Part shown: positions 46,136 to 54,722 of the stretch, one piece after another | Layout: each line of letters begins with the position of its first letter | Position numbering within the stretch: position 1 is the stretch's first letter | Origin: Steroidobacteraceae bacterium | GTDB taxonomy: Bacteria > Pseudomonadota > Gammaproteobacteria > Steroidobacterales > Steroidobacteraceae | DNA length: 64,000 nt | NCBI GenBank assembly: GCA_052326345.1 | Contig: JBKQOZ010000063.1 | Location: forward strand, 153,507 to 217,506 | Reading direction: 5' to 3' | Translations under genes and position numbers: made by a program | The notes under the pieces: model-generated | The model's database searches: none | The model's input: only the letters and a program-made list of their open reading frames with translations | Told to the model about the DNA's origin: nothing

Positions 46136-47389
46136 TTACCGCAGTACTGCCAAATCCTCAGATGGGGCTACCTGCAGACGAGAAGTCATCAGGACCACAA
46201 CATACGGATTCCACAGTGATAGCACGTAGTAGATGTCGACCACCCGGTCCTCTGCGGAGCGGCGGCGTACTCTCGTCCAGCGCTCTATCATATAGGGAGC
46301 ATAGGCGCCGCCGTGCACCGCCGCCGGATTCTTCTGCCCTTTGCCAATTACCGGCCCGGCGAGTCCGTCATCGGGCGTGATGCCGGGGTCGTGGATGAAT
46401 TGACCCAACGCACCGTTACTTCGCGCATTAAAAAGCAACTGTGGGTCGCTCCATGGGCCCCAAGGGGTGGCTGAATAGGAAAACAGAATGCCTGCAATCG
46501 CCGGTGCGCGACTGTCGTAGGTCATCAGCCACAAATTAAGTTCCTGACACCAAATCACCGACACGTCGCCCAGAGTCCCGTTGGTCGTGATCGGAATGGC
46601 CGCGATCTCGTGCGGTTCCCAGCGAGGGCTGCCGTTTGCGTCGAGCCCGGCGTAATACAAAACACCGTTACCGCTTTCGAACTGCGAGGCCGGTGCGATC
46701 GACAGATAGACATCGCTTTGCCGGTAGTGGCCCGTACCCCAGATCAGCACGAAAGGTCCGCTATCCGGCAGCCCCGAAATCGGACCAGGCTGAGTGTGCA
46801 GCGACATCTTGAGAAACTTTCCATCCGGGCGCTGCGAGATCGTGCGCAGAGGCCGAAATCCTGTGGGTGTCACTGGAAAGCTTACGAGCGTGAGCACCGA
46901 TCGGTCGGTTTGCCAGTCCTCTGAAGCGCTTTGTTGAGTTGACGGCGCCTGATCGGACGGCGCAGGTTCAGCAGTTGTCGTCGATCGGCCAAATTCGGGC
47001 GCAGCTGCTCTGCACGCCGCCACCAACTGCGGATCAACGGTCGGCAAAGGCCGGCTTGCCCCACTGCGCTGCGGTTGCGCCTGCATGATTGGTTGGATGC
47101 AATCCCGCTGCAGTCCATTTCCGGTCTGCGCTGCGCCCTGCAGGAAGCCTGCGTTCTCGCACATTTGCCGAATCAATGCACACGGCCCCTGCGCGGCGGA
47201 TCCCGACGCGGCATGCGGCGAGCACAGCACAACGAAAATTCGAATGGTGTTCGCGCCTGATCCGGGTAGTGGCGAATTCACAAGAATGGGCCGCCCGCCA
47301 ACGACAGTTGTACGTACACTTGGGCAGTAGCGCTGCTGCGCGCGTTGCGCGTCGCGCGCATTATGGAGCAGCGATGGAGTGATGCTCAA
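46136..47389 (-). CDS. DUF4185-like beta-propeller protein; N-terminus and start uncertain
   Basis: The C-terminal ~250 aa (..GVLYYAG...W.P......I......GDVSV.W...L..WLMTY......I.....A..PWGPWS......F.......G.FIH... YAPY...RW...) resembles DUF4185. The N-terminal ~150 aa is low-complexity. Alternative starts lie at 47164 and 47086. Confidence 0.5.
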   Translation of the reverse strand: MSITPSLLHNARDAQRAQQRYCPSVRTTVVGGRPILVNSPLPGSGANTIRIFVVLCSPHAASGSAAQGPCALIRQMCENAGFLQGAAQTGNGLQRDCIQPIMQAQPQRSGASRPLPTVDPQLVAACRAAAPEFGRSTTTAEPAPSDQAPSTQQSASEDWQTDRSVLTLVSFPVTPTGFRPLRTISQRPDGKFLKMSLHTQPGPISGLPDSGPFVLIWGTGHYRQSDVYLSIAPASQFESGNGVLYYAGLDANGSPRWEPHEIAAIPITTNGTLGDVSVIWCQELNLWLMTYDSRAPAIAGILFSYSATPWGPWSDPQLLFNARSNGALGQFIHDPGITPDDGLAGPVIGKGQKNPAAVHGGAYAPYMIERWTRVRRRSAEDRVVDIYYVLSLWNPYVVVLMTSRLQVAPSEDLAVLR

Positions 47390-47480
47390 GGAATACGCAC
47401 TGAAGTTACAATGACGGCCGCTTGGGGGTCACAGAGACGGATGGCCGCATTTGCACCTTCCCCATTGCTGAGGTAGGAAC

Positions 47481-47873
47481 ATGGAGTACAAGGCCCGTTG
47501 CCATTGTGGTCGCGTCAGGTTTTCGTTCCGCAGCCCCCCGATAAAGGCCGGTAGACGGTGCAACTGCTCGCTTTGCGTGCGAAGGGGTGCAGTGCTGTCA
47601 CCGACCTACATCCCTGCTGCGGACTTTACGCCGCACCACGACCCGAACGACCTGGCCGTGTACCTCTGGAACGAGAAGGTGTTGTACAACTATTTCTGCA
47701 AGTTCTGCGGAGTCTTTACGTACATCGGCGACGGCGAGAACGCGAGGGACGGCTACCGCGTCAACCTCGGCTGCGTCGAAGGCATCGATTCGCTCGCCCT
47801 TGCTATCAGCATCATCGACGGCAACGCGTTGCCGGTGGTCGGCGCCGGCGTATCAGAATTGCACGGTGGTTAG
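47481..47873 (+). CDS. GFA (glutathione-dependent formaldehyde-activating enzyme)/CENP-V family protein
   Basis: The Cys pattern is CHCGRV...CNCSLC...FCKFCG, and the length is 130 aa. Confidence 0.8.
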   Translation: MEYKARCHCGRVRFSFRSPPIKAGRRCNCSLCVRRGAVLSPTYIPAADFTPHHDPNDLAVYLWNEKVLYNYFCKFCGVFTYIGDGENARDGYRVNLGCVEGIDSLALAISIIDGNALPVVGAGVSELHGG

Positions 47874-48073
47874 CCAGGCTTTCGATATAGCTTCCGCGGG
47901 GCGCCATCCCAGAAGAGCAGACCGATGGTGCGATGCAGCGTCGAGCGTCGCCATGGGCGGCAGAGCAGCATCTGCGAGCGAGGGATTAGTCGACGCTATT
48001 AGCCCAACATGGCTGCGCCGCCTTATGATGCCGAATGGCTCTGAACGGCCGTCGCGATTAACGAGGAGAACCC

Positions 48074-48463
48074 ATGCAGAAGGCTGTGCGCAAGTACCTC
48101 AAGGCGCTGGAGGCGGGAAACGCCGCGGAGGCAGGCGAATTGTTCACCAAGGATGGCTGGGTGCAATCGCCGTTCCTCGGCCGGCTCCCCGTCCGAGATT
48201 TCGTCACAACGGTCGCCACTGCATCAGGCGATTCGAAGCTGACGGTCTACGATGTGCTCGTCAGCGCGGAAGGCCATACGCGGGCTGTCGCGTACTATCT
48301 CTACGACTGGCGCCTGAAGGACGGGAGCCGGGTGGCGTTCGACTGCGCCGACGTGTTCAACTTTGATCCGGAGACCGGCCACATTGCCTCAATCGTCCTG
48401 GTCTATGACACGCATCTGGTGCGGGATGTAGTGCGCAACAAGTATCCCGGTAGCGCACGATAG
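48074..48463 (+). CDS. NTF2-like (SnoaL/ketosteroid-isomerase-like) small protein
   Basis: The 129-aa protein starts ..YL.AL.AGNA.EA..LFT.DG.V.SP, typical of SnoaL-like domains. A GAGGAG Shine-Dalgarno is present. Confidence 0.55.
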   Translation: MQKAVRKYLKALEAGNAAEAGELFTKDGWVQSPFLGRLPVRDFVTTVATASGDSKLTVYDVLVSAEGHTRAVAYYLYDWRLKDGSRVAFDCADVFNFDPETGHIASIVLVYDTHLVRDVVRNKYPGSAR

Positions 48464-48538
48464 CGCGGGCCTCCGTAGTGCAGGCGCCCTGCGTACGGCA
48501 TGTGAATGCGGGCGGCTCTGCGACATCGACGCACTGAC

Positions 48539-49015
48539 CTAGCGTACGACGAAATAATGGATCCGGTTGGCGCCGGGAATCTTTTCCGCCACGCCGACGA
48601 ACACATACTTGCTCATCCAGGCATGCGGACCTTCGGGTACGTCGAATTTCGGCGACACCCGCATGTAGTACTCGTCGTCGGCCACCGGCTCGTTGCGATT
48701 CATCTTCTCGGCAGCCTCGAGACTTTTCGCCCAGCGGAAGCCGCGGTTTTGCAGGTAGATGAGGGTGCCGTCCTCGGCTTCGAGCAGGTAGCGGGCGTCG
48801 AAATCGATGACGCCGTCGGGACGCACCAGCGGGAAGTCGCCGCCCGACATGGGGATCACCTTGCCGCGCAGCAGCGGCCCATCGATGGTGCCGCTGCCGG
48901 CGTAGACGGCCGCTCTCGTGAGGCCCATTGTCGTGGGCTTGATCCAGCGCGCACCGGTCAGCTCGATCGCGATGGTGAACGCGTATTCCAGTGTCGGATG
49001 AAAGGGGTGCTGCAT
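48539..49015 (-). CDS. DUF3237 (UPF0311) family protein
   Basis: It is a paralog of 21793-22293 (GPLLRGKVIPMSGGDFPLVRPDGVIDFDARYLLEAEDGTLIYLQNRG...YMRVSPKFDVPEGPHAWM). A GGAGGA Shine-Dalgarno precedes ATG 49015. Confidence 0.7.
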   Translation of the reverse strand: MQHPFHPTLEYAFTIAIELTGARWIKPTTMGLTRAAVYAGSGTIDGPLLRGKVIPMSGGDFPLVRPDGVIDFDARYLLEAEDGTLIYLQNRGFRWAKSLEAAEKMNRNEPVADDEYYMRVSPKFDVPEGPHAWMSKYVFVGVAEKIPGANRIHYFVVR

Positions 49016-49045
49016 GAGGGATCCTCCGTTGTTCGGTGGCAATCG

Positions 49046-50458
49046 CTATGCTTCCGGGCGTGCGGGCCGATAGACGGTGTCCAGGTCGGCGCGCAGCGCG
49101 CGGGCGGCCAGCAGGTAGTGCAGGCTGCCCGCCAGAAGCAGCAGGGCAATCGCGCCCATCGCAAAGCGAATGCCGTGCGCGGAGGCGGCTGCGCAGGCGT
49201 TGGCCAGGGCCGCGCCGGCCTCTCGCCGCGCCGCGCCGCCGGGACAGAGGGCCGAGAATTGACCCGCATCGAAGCTTTGTCGCGCCGCCAGATCGCTGAT
49301 GATGCCCACGATGGTCGGCCCGAGGCCGGCCCCGACCAGCCCGAAGACGATGGCGACGGTGAAGGCCGAGGAGGCGCGCATGGTTGCGTCCACCATGTTC
49401 TGGGCGATGGCCAGCGTCGGCGTGTAGTAAATGAACAGTGCGACATGGGCGAGCAGCAGCGCCGCCATCGTGCGGACCAGCGTAGGCTGAAACAATCCGA
49501 TCTCGAACAGCGGCATCGCGAGCGCGAGCGCGATGCAGGGTCCCCAGGCGTACCAGCGCCGGTCGCGCCTGACGGCCCAGTCGATGCCGAAGCCGCCGAT
49601 GACGAGACCGGAGCTCATCGCAACGACGGCCAATGATCCGAGCAAACGCCCGGCCTGCGCGGTACCCAAATGGAAGACGGCGACGAAATAGCGCGCGAAG
49701 AACTGCCCCATGCCGTTCATCGCAATCGCCGCGAACGCCGCGCCGGCGAGCACGTGCCGCATAGACGGTTTGGCGAACAGGAAGCGCATCGCCGCGCCGA
49801 TCGACGGGATCGCGCCGGTGGCCAATCCGCCGGCATCGAACGCGCCGCGCCGCGGTTCGCGCAGCGTGAACATCGCCAGCACGGCGGTCAGGAATCCCGG
49901 AATCGACAGTCCGATGAACCACGAGCGCCAATCCGCATGCTGCGCCGTCCAGCCGCCGATCGCAGCGCCGGCAAGCGCGCCCAAGGGCGCGCCCAGCCAC
50001 ACCACGGTGATGGCCGAGCCGCGTCTGCCCGCCGGATAATGGTCTCCGAGCAGCGATGAGACCGGCGGACCGACGGCACCGGCATCACCGATGCCCACGC
50101 CGATGCGACACAGCAGCAGGACCGTGAAATTGCGCGCCTGCGAGGCCAGAGCGCCGAAGCTCGAGAAGACGGCGATGGAGACCGCGATGATTCGTGCGCG
50201 GCTGCGCCGCTCCGCCAGGCGCGCGATCGGCAAGCCGAGGAGCGTGTAAAAGATCGCAAAGCCCAAGCCCTGAATCACGCCGAGCTGCGTGTCGCTCAAG
50301 CTCAAGGAGCGCTTGAGGGCCGGCGCAATCGCCGCCAGCCCCTGGCGATCGGCGAGGTTCAGCACGTTCATCAGCATCAGCATGAACAGCATCCACGCGC
50401 GGTAGCCGCGCGTGAACTCGTCCGTCGCAGCCGCCGGTGCCGCGCGGATCGCGCTCAC
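49046..50458 (-). CDS. MFS transporter
   Basis: The 470-aa protein has the N-terminus WMLFMLMLMNVLNLADRQGLAAIAPALKRSLSLSDTQLGVIQGLGFAIFYTLLGLPIARLAE. GTG 50458 overlaps the upstream stop (GTGA). Confidence 0.8.
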   Translation of the reverse strand: MSAIRAAPAAATDEFTRGYRAWMLFMLMLMNVLNLADRQGLAAIAPALKRSLSLSDTQLGVIQGLGFAIFYTLLGLPIARLAERRSRARIIAVSIAVFSSFGALASQARNFTVLLLCRIGVGIGDAGAVGPPVSSLLGDHYPAGRRGSAITVVWLGAPLGALAGAAIGGWTAQHADWRSWFIGLSIPGFLTAVLAMFTLREPRRGAFDAGGLATGAIPSIGAAMRFLFAKPSMRHVLAGAAFAAIAMNGMGQFFARYFVAVFHLGTAQAGRLLGSLAVVAMSSGLVIGGFGIDWAVRRDRRWYAWGPCIALALAMPLFEIGLFQPTLVRTMAALLLAHVALFIYYTPTLAIAQNMVDATMRASSAFTVAIVFGLVGAGLGPTIVGIISDLAARQSFDAGQFSALCPGGAARREAGAALANACAAASAHGIRFAMGAIALLLLAGSLHYLLAARALRADLDTVYRPARPEA

Positions 50459-51501
50459 AACCCGAACACGCGTTCGGCGTTGGTCTGGAAGAAGGCCTTC
50501 TTATCCGCATCGCTCATGCTCATCGCATCCTGCGCGGCGACTTCGCGAGCTTCGAACTGGTAGGGATAATCCATGGCATACATGATCCGGTCCGCACCCA
50601 GGGTCGATTTGCAGAACTGGATGGCCGGCTCCCATGCAACGCCGGAGAAGGTGACGTAGATGTTGCGCTTGAAGTAGCCGGAGATCGGCAGCTGCAGAGG
50701 CTTCAAGAACGCATAACGTCCCGAGCGGATGCCGGCGCCATGCATGTAGTCGAGGCGATACGCCCAGTACGGCAACGCCTCCCCGCCGTGTCCGACGATG
50801 AGCTTCAAATTCGGAAACCGATCGAACACGCCCATGACGATCAAGCGCAGCAGGTGAAGGCCGGTATCCACACCGAACCCATACACCGCGCCATCCAGTC
50901 CGCGCTCGAGCAGCGGGCCGATGAGGCCTTTGGAGGGTCCTTGCGGATGCAGATATACCGGCGTGCCAAGCGCTTCGGCCGCCTCGAAGATCGGCCAGTA
51001 TTTCTCCCCGTCGGTGTATTCGCCGCCGACATGGCCGTTGTGGATCACCGCCTTGAAGCCGAGCCGAGCCCCGCGCTCGATTTCCTTCGCGGACCACTCA
51101 GGATCCTGCGGGGCGATCGCGGTCATGCCGAGGAAGCGTGCAGGGTGCCTGCGGCAGGCGGCCGCGAGCTGATCGTTGGCGTCGCCGGCGAGCGCCTTGG
51201 CCTCGGCGGCGCTGAACACGTGTGCGCCCGGAGCCGTCAGGGCAATGATCGCCTTGTCGATGCCCGTCGAGTCCATATCGGCGAGGCGCCGCGCACCTAA
51301 ATCCTGAAGCCGATCGATGACGGAGGTGGCGCGCGCGGACGGTGACCCTGAGTAAAAGCCCCACAGACTGACAAAGCCCGGATCGTCGAAGCCGCTCGCT
51401 ATCAAGCGCTTATAGGCGCTCAGGACCTCGGTCGTGATGAAGGCCTCTTCGGTGGCGATGCGCAAATAGCCCTGGGCGCCGCCGGTCTTCAGTTCCGCCA
51501 T
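50455..51501 (-). CDS. Amidohydrolase-2 (ACMSD/LigW/gamma-resorcylate decarboxylase-type) non-oxidative aromatic decarboxylase-like
   Basis: It has IATEEAF near the N-terminus and then ..VYLHP.., ..GHGGEALPYW.. and ..MYAMDYPY... By eye this parallels resorcylate and 5-carboxyvanillate decarboxylases. An AGGAG Shine-Dalgarno is present. Confidence 0.8.
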   Translation of the reverse strand: MAELKTGGAQGYLRIATEEAFITTEVLSAYKRLIASGFDDPGFVSLWGFYSGSPSARATSVIDRLQDLGARRLADMDSTGIDKAIIALTAPGAHVFSAAEAKALAGDANDQLAAACRRHPARFLGMTAIAPQDPEWSAKEIERGARLGFKAVIHNGHVGGEYTDGEKYWPIFEAAEALGTPVYLHPQGPSKGLIGPLLERGLDGAVYGFGVDTGLHLLRLIVMGVFDRFPNLKLIVGHGGEALPYWAYRLDYMHGAGIRSGRYAFLKPLQLPISGYFKRNIYVTFSGVAWEPAIQFCKSTLGADRIMYAMDYPYQFEAREVAAQDAMSMSDADKKAFFQTNAERVFGL

Positions 51502-51534
51502 AGAATTCTCCTACGATGAACCGAATGCCGCCGT

Positions 51535-52980
51535 TCAGGCCTGATGAATCGACTTGAGCACCAGGCACGCTTCCAAGCCCTCCGGGCCGTCCTCGGACCC
51601 GTGCCCCGAATCCTTCACGCCGCCGAACGGAGAATCCGCGCCGCCGATCATCGTCGTGTTGATGCCGATCATGCCGCTTTCGATGGCATCGCCCAGCAGC
51701 AGAGCGCGCCTGCCATTCTCGGTAAAGCAATAGGCGGCAAGACCGTACGGCAGGCGATTGGCCTGTTCGACCGCCTCATCGAAGGTCTTGAAAGGGCGCA
51801 TGAGAGCAACGGGCCCGAATGGCTCTTCGTTCATCACGCGCGCCTCGAGCGGCACATCGGTGAGCACGGTGGGCCTGAAGAAGTAACCGTCGCGGTGTGT
51901 TCCGCCGCCGCGCTCTCCGCCGGCGGCGACGCGTGCGCCGGCCTTCAGCGCATCGCCGATGAAGGCCTCGATCGCGTCGGGGCGTCTTATGTTGGCCATC
52001 GGGCCCATCTGACTCGCGGCATCCAGGCCGTCGCCGACCTTCAGCTTGGCAGCCCGGACGGCGAACTCCTTGGCGAAGCGCTCGTAGATTCCTTGCTGCA
52101 CGTAGAACCGCGTCGGCGAGACGCAAACCTGGCCGGCATTGCGGAATTTGTGCGCCACCAACAGATCCAGCGCCTTCGACAGGTCGGCGTCCTCGAAAAT
52201 CAGCACCGGGCCGTGGCCGCCGAGTTCCATGGTGGTGCGCTGCGAGCCCTCCGCCGCGAGCTTCATCAGGTGCTTGCCGACGGCCACCGAGCCGGTAAAG
52301 CTCACTTTGCGGATGACGGGGGAGGCGAGCAGGTGGCGGGAGACTTGATCGGGCACGCCGAACACGCAGCTCGCCACGTCAGGCGGCAAACCGGCATCCA
52401 GCAGACAGTTGAGCACTTCGAGGGCGGACCGCGGCGCTTCCTCCGGCGGCTTGATGATGATGGAGCAGCCGGCGCCGATGGCGGCGCCCAATTTTCTCGC
52501 CGGATTGCCGATCGGAAAATTCCACGGGCAAAAGGCCGCGACCGGGCCGACGGGCTCCTTCATTACCCGCGACAGCGTGCCGGCCGGGCGCACGAGCACG
52601 CGCCCGTAGATTCGCTGCACCTCGCCGGCGTAAAAATCGAATAGTGCGGCCGCCATGTGCAGCTCGCCCCGGGCCTCCGGCAGGGTCTTTCCTTCCTCGA
52701 GCGTCGCGATGGTGGCGATCCTCTCGATGCGCTCGCGCATCAAGTGCGCCGCGCCCGCCAGCACGCGGCTTCGCTCTGCGGCGCTCGCCGCGCGCCAGCG
52801 CCGGAAGCCGCGCGCCGCCGTGTCCAGTGCACGGTCCAAATCAGCCGCTGTCGCCAGCGGCAATTCGGCGAGCGCCGCGCCGGTCGCCGGATTGACCACA
52901 CGGTGCGTGGCGCGGCCCGCAGCCCCCAGCCGCTCGCCGTCGATGAACATCTTCGGATCCGGGTCGTACGTGTGGGGCAT
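51535..52980 (-). CDS. NAD(P)-dependent aldehyde dehydrogenase (succinate-semialdehyde/2,5-dioxovalerate DH-like)
   Basis: It has CPWNFPIGN, TMELGGHGP, NAGQVCVSPTRF and EEPFGPV. It is 481 aa. Confidence 0.85.
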   Translation of the reverse strand: MPHTYDPDPKMFIDGERLGAAGRATHRVVNPATGAALAELPLATAADLDRALDTAARGFRRWRAASAAERSRVLAGAAHLMRERIERIATIATLEEGKTLPEARGELHMAAALFDFYAGEVQRIYGRVLVRPAGTLSRVMKEPVGPVAAFCPWNFPIGNPARKLGAAIGAGCSIIIKPPEEAPRSALEVLNCLLDAGLPPDVASCVFGVPDQVSRHLLASPVIRKVSFTGSVAVGKHLMKLAAEGSQRTTMELGGHGPVLIFEDADLSKALDLLVAHKFRNAGQVCVSPTRFYVQQGIYERFAKEFAVRAAKLKVGDGLDAASQMGPMANIRRPDAIEAFIGDALKAGARVAAGGERGGGTHRDGYFFRPTVLTDVPLEARVMNEEPFGPVALMRPFKTFDEAVEQANRLPYGLAAYCFTENGRRALLLGDAIESGMIGINTTMIGGADSPFGGVKDSGHGSEDGPEGLEACLVLKSIHQA

Positions 52981-52990
52981 ACGGCGAGAA

Positions 52991-53956
52991 TCAGCTGATG
53001 CCGGCCTTTTCGCGCCGATATTCGCGCGGCGTCACGTGATACTTGGCGCGAAACACACGGCCAAAGTGGGTCGGGCTGTTGAAGCCGTAGTCGAAGGCAA
53101 TCGCCGTCACCGTGCGGCCGCGCTGCGCTCCTGACTCGAGCGCGCGCGAACACGCCTCCAGCCGGCGGCGCAGAATGTAGCGCGCCACGGTCTCCTCTTG
53201 GTCCGAGAACAGATGATGCAGGTAGCGGGCGGTCATCCTGCACGCCTGCGCGATGCGCGTCGGCGTCAGGTCCGGATCGTTCAGGTGCGCCTCGATGTAG
53301 TTGATGATGCGAATCCGATGCGCGGTCGCCAGCGAGGAGCGATCGGCCAGCGCCTGCGGCAGATCCGCATACGCGGCGCCGATCAGGTCGAGGATCGCAA
53401 CCGCGATTCGGCTGCTGGTCTGTTCGTCGAGTCCCCGGTGGTACTCGTTCCAGTAATGGCGCAGGAGCTGGGACAGCAAGCCGCTGGCCCCGCGGCTGCC
53501 GGGCATCGGAATGGCGGCAAGGCACTCCGGGCATCCGATCTGGCGCCGCAGCGTCGCATTCGGTATTCCGAGCACCAGCATGCGATTTGCGCCCGTAAAC
53601 ACCATCTCGTAGCGGCGCGTGCTGTCGCACAGCGTAAAATCGCCGGCGCGCAGCAGCGATTCGCGCCCGTCCTGGCGCGAGATGCTTTCACCCTCCAATT
53701 GCAGGTGGAGAAAGAACATCGAGTTTTTGGTGCGCGCCACGTGCGAACGGGAATGCCGGACGATCTGGGCGTCCGAATACACTTCGGCGAGACTCATCTC
53801 GCCAATCGTGCCGCGTACGATGGAACCGTTGAATACGCGGATGTCCTCCGGCTCGGAGACGAGCGGGGAGAAACTTTCGCTCGCGCGGTCGTTCCAGAAC
53901 GCGAGCTTGCGGCGTGGGTCGAGACCGGCCGTACTGAACGACTCAAGTTGTGCCAT
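52991..53956 (-). CDS. AraC family transcriptional regulator
   Basis: It has a C-terminal double HTH (..TPTRIAQACRMTARYLHHLF...TVTAIAFDYGFNSPTHFGRVFRAKYHVTPREYR). A GGGGGAG Shine-Dalgarno sits 8 nt upstream of ATG 53956, and GTG 53965 is an alternative start. Confidence 0.8.
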   Translation of the reverse strand: MAQLESFSTAGLDPRRKLAFWNDRASESFSPLVSEPEDIRVFNGSIVRGTIGEMSLAEVYSDAQIVRHSRSHVARTKNSMFFLHLQLEGESISRQDGRESLLRAGDFTLCDSTRRYEMVFTGANRMLVLGIPNATLRRQIGCPECLAAIPMPGSRGASGLLSQLLRHYWNEYHRGLDEQTSSRIAVAILDLIGAAYADLPQALADRSSLATAHRIRIINYIEAHLNDPDLTPTRIAQACRMTARYLHHLFSDQEETVARYILRRRLEACSRALESGAQRGRTVTAIAFDYGFNSPTHFGRVFRAKYHVTPREYRREKAGIS

Positions 53957-54245
53957 TGACTCCACTCCCCCGTTTATTAGCGGGATTTCATCGTTATGCT
54001 GACGGCCGTCTGACCAGCCTGTCGCTTGTTGTGGAGATAGTTATACGAGACAATCATTTCGAGCAGCCAATTCTTTTGACTTATAGGTGATATAGACCAA
54101 CCTGAGTTGTTGCCGCCCGACAACAACCCTGCTGGATGCTCGATGCGGCCAAATCGATGTCACTGTGCGTCGAGTTTTCTGCGCCGCCTGCGGCAACATC
54201 GCAGTCGTGGGGACAACATAAGAGCCGCGACGCAGAGAGGGAGCC

Positions 54246-54722
54246 GTGAAAATGACGCCGCTCAGCGGCTACGTTGGCTATGCATTGCGCCGGGCCCAGG
54301 GCGCTATTTTCGCGGACTTCAACCAGACGCTCGCGCAGCTAAATCTGCGGCCAGGCCAATTCGCCGTTCTGTTGCTCATCGATCAGAATCCGGGGACCAG
54401 CCAGTCGAGCGTTTCGGCGGCGCTCGGTATCCAAAAGGCGAATTTTGTCGCAACCATCGCGGACCTGGAGCACCGGGGGCTGGTGCGGCGCCGCAAGTCC
54501 GACACCGATGGACGCACCTACTCGCTCAGCCTCACTCCCCGGGGCCGCTCGGTGCTGCAGCATGCCGCGGAGCTGCAATCACAGCACGAGGCGCGCGTCA
54601 TCGCGCACATCGGTCCCGACGGGCGGCTGCAACTGCTCAATTTGCTCGAACGTCTGGCGCGGCTGCCGGGTCCGCCGCCGCTTGACGGGGCCCCCGTTCG
54701 CGGCGCGCGCGCGCGACAGTGA
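54246..54722 (+). CDS. MarR family transcriptional regulator
   Basis: The winged HTH reads LRPGQFAVLLLIDQNPGTSQSSVSAALGIQKANFVATIADLEHRGLVRRRKSDTDGRTYSLSLTPRG. The start is GTG 54246 or ATG 54252. Confidence 0.8.
   Translation: MKMTPLSGYVGYALRRAQGAIFADFNQTLAQLNLRPGQFAVLLLIDQNPGTSQSSVSAALGIQKANFVATIADLEHRGLVRRRKSDTDGRTYSLSLTPRGRSVLQHAAELQSQHEARVIAHIGPDGRLQLLNLLERLARLPGPPPLDGAPVRGARARQ

Noticed and set aside
44130-48500. The lower-GC stretch as a genomic island or mobile element.
   Set aside because: I could find no integrase, transposase, tRNA attachment site or flanking direct repeats. Only gene remnants and small accessory genes are present, so it is reported as a decay patch rather than a mobile element.
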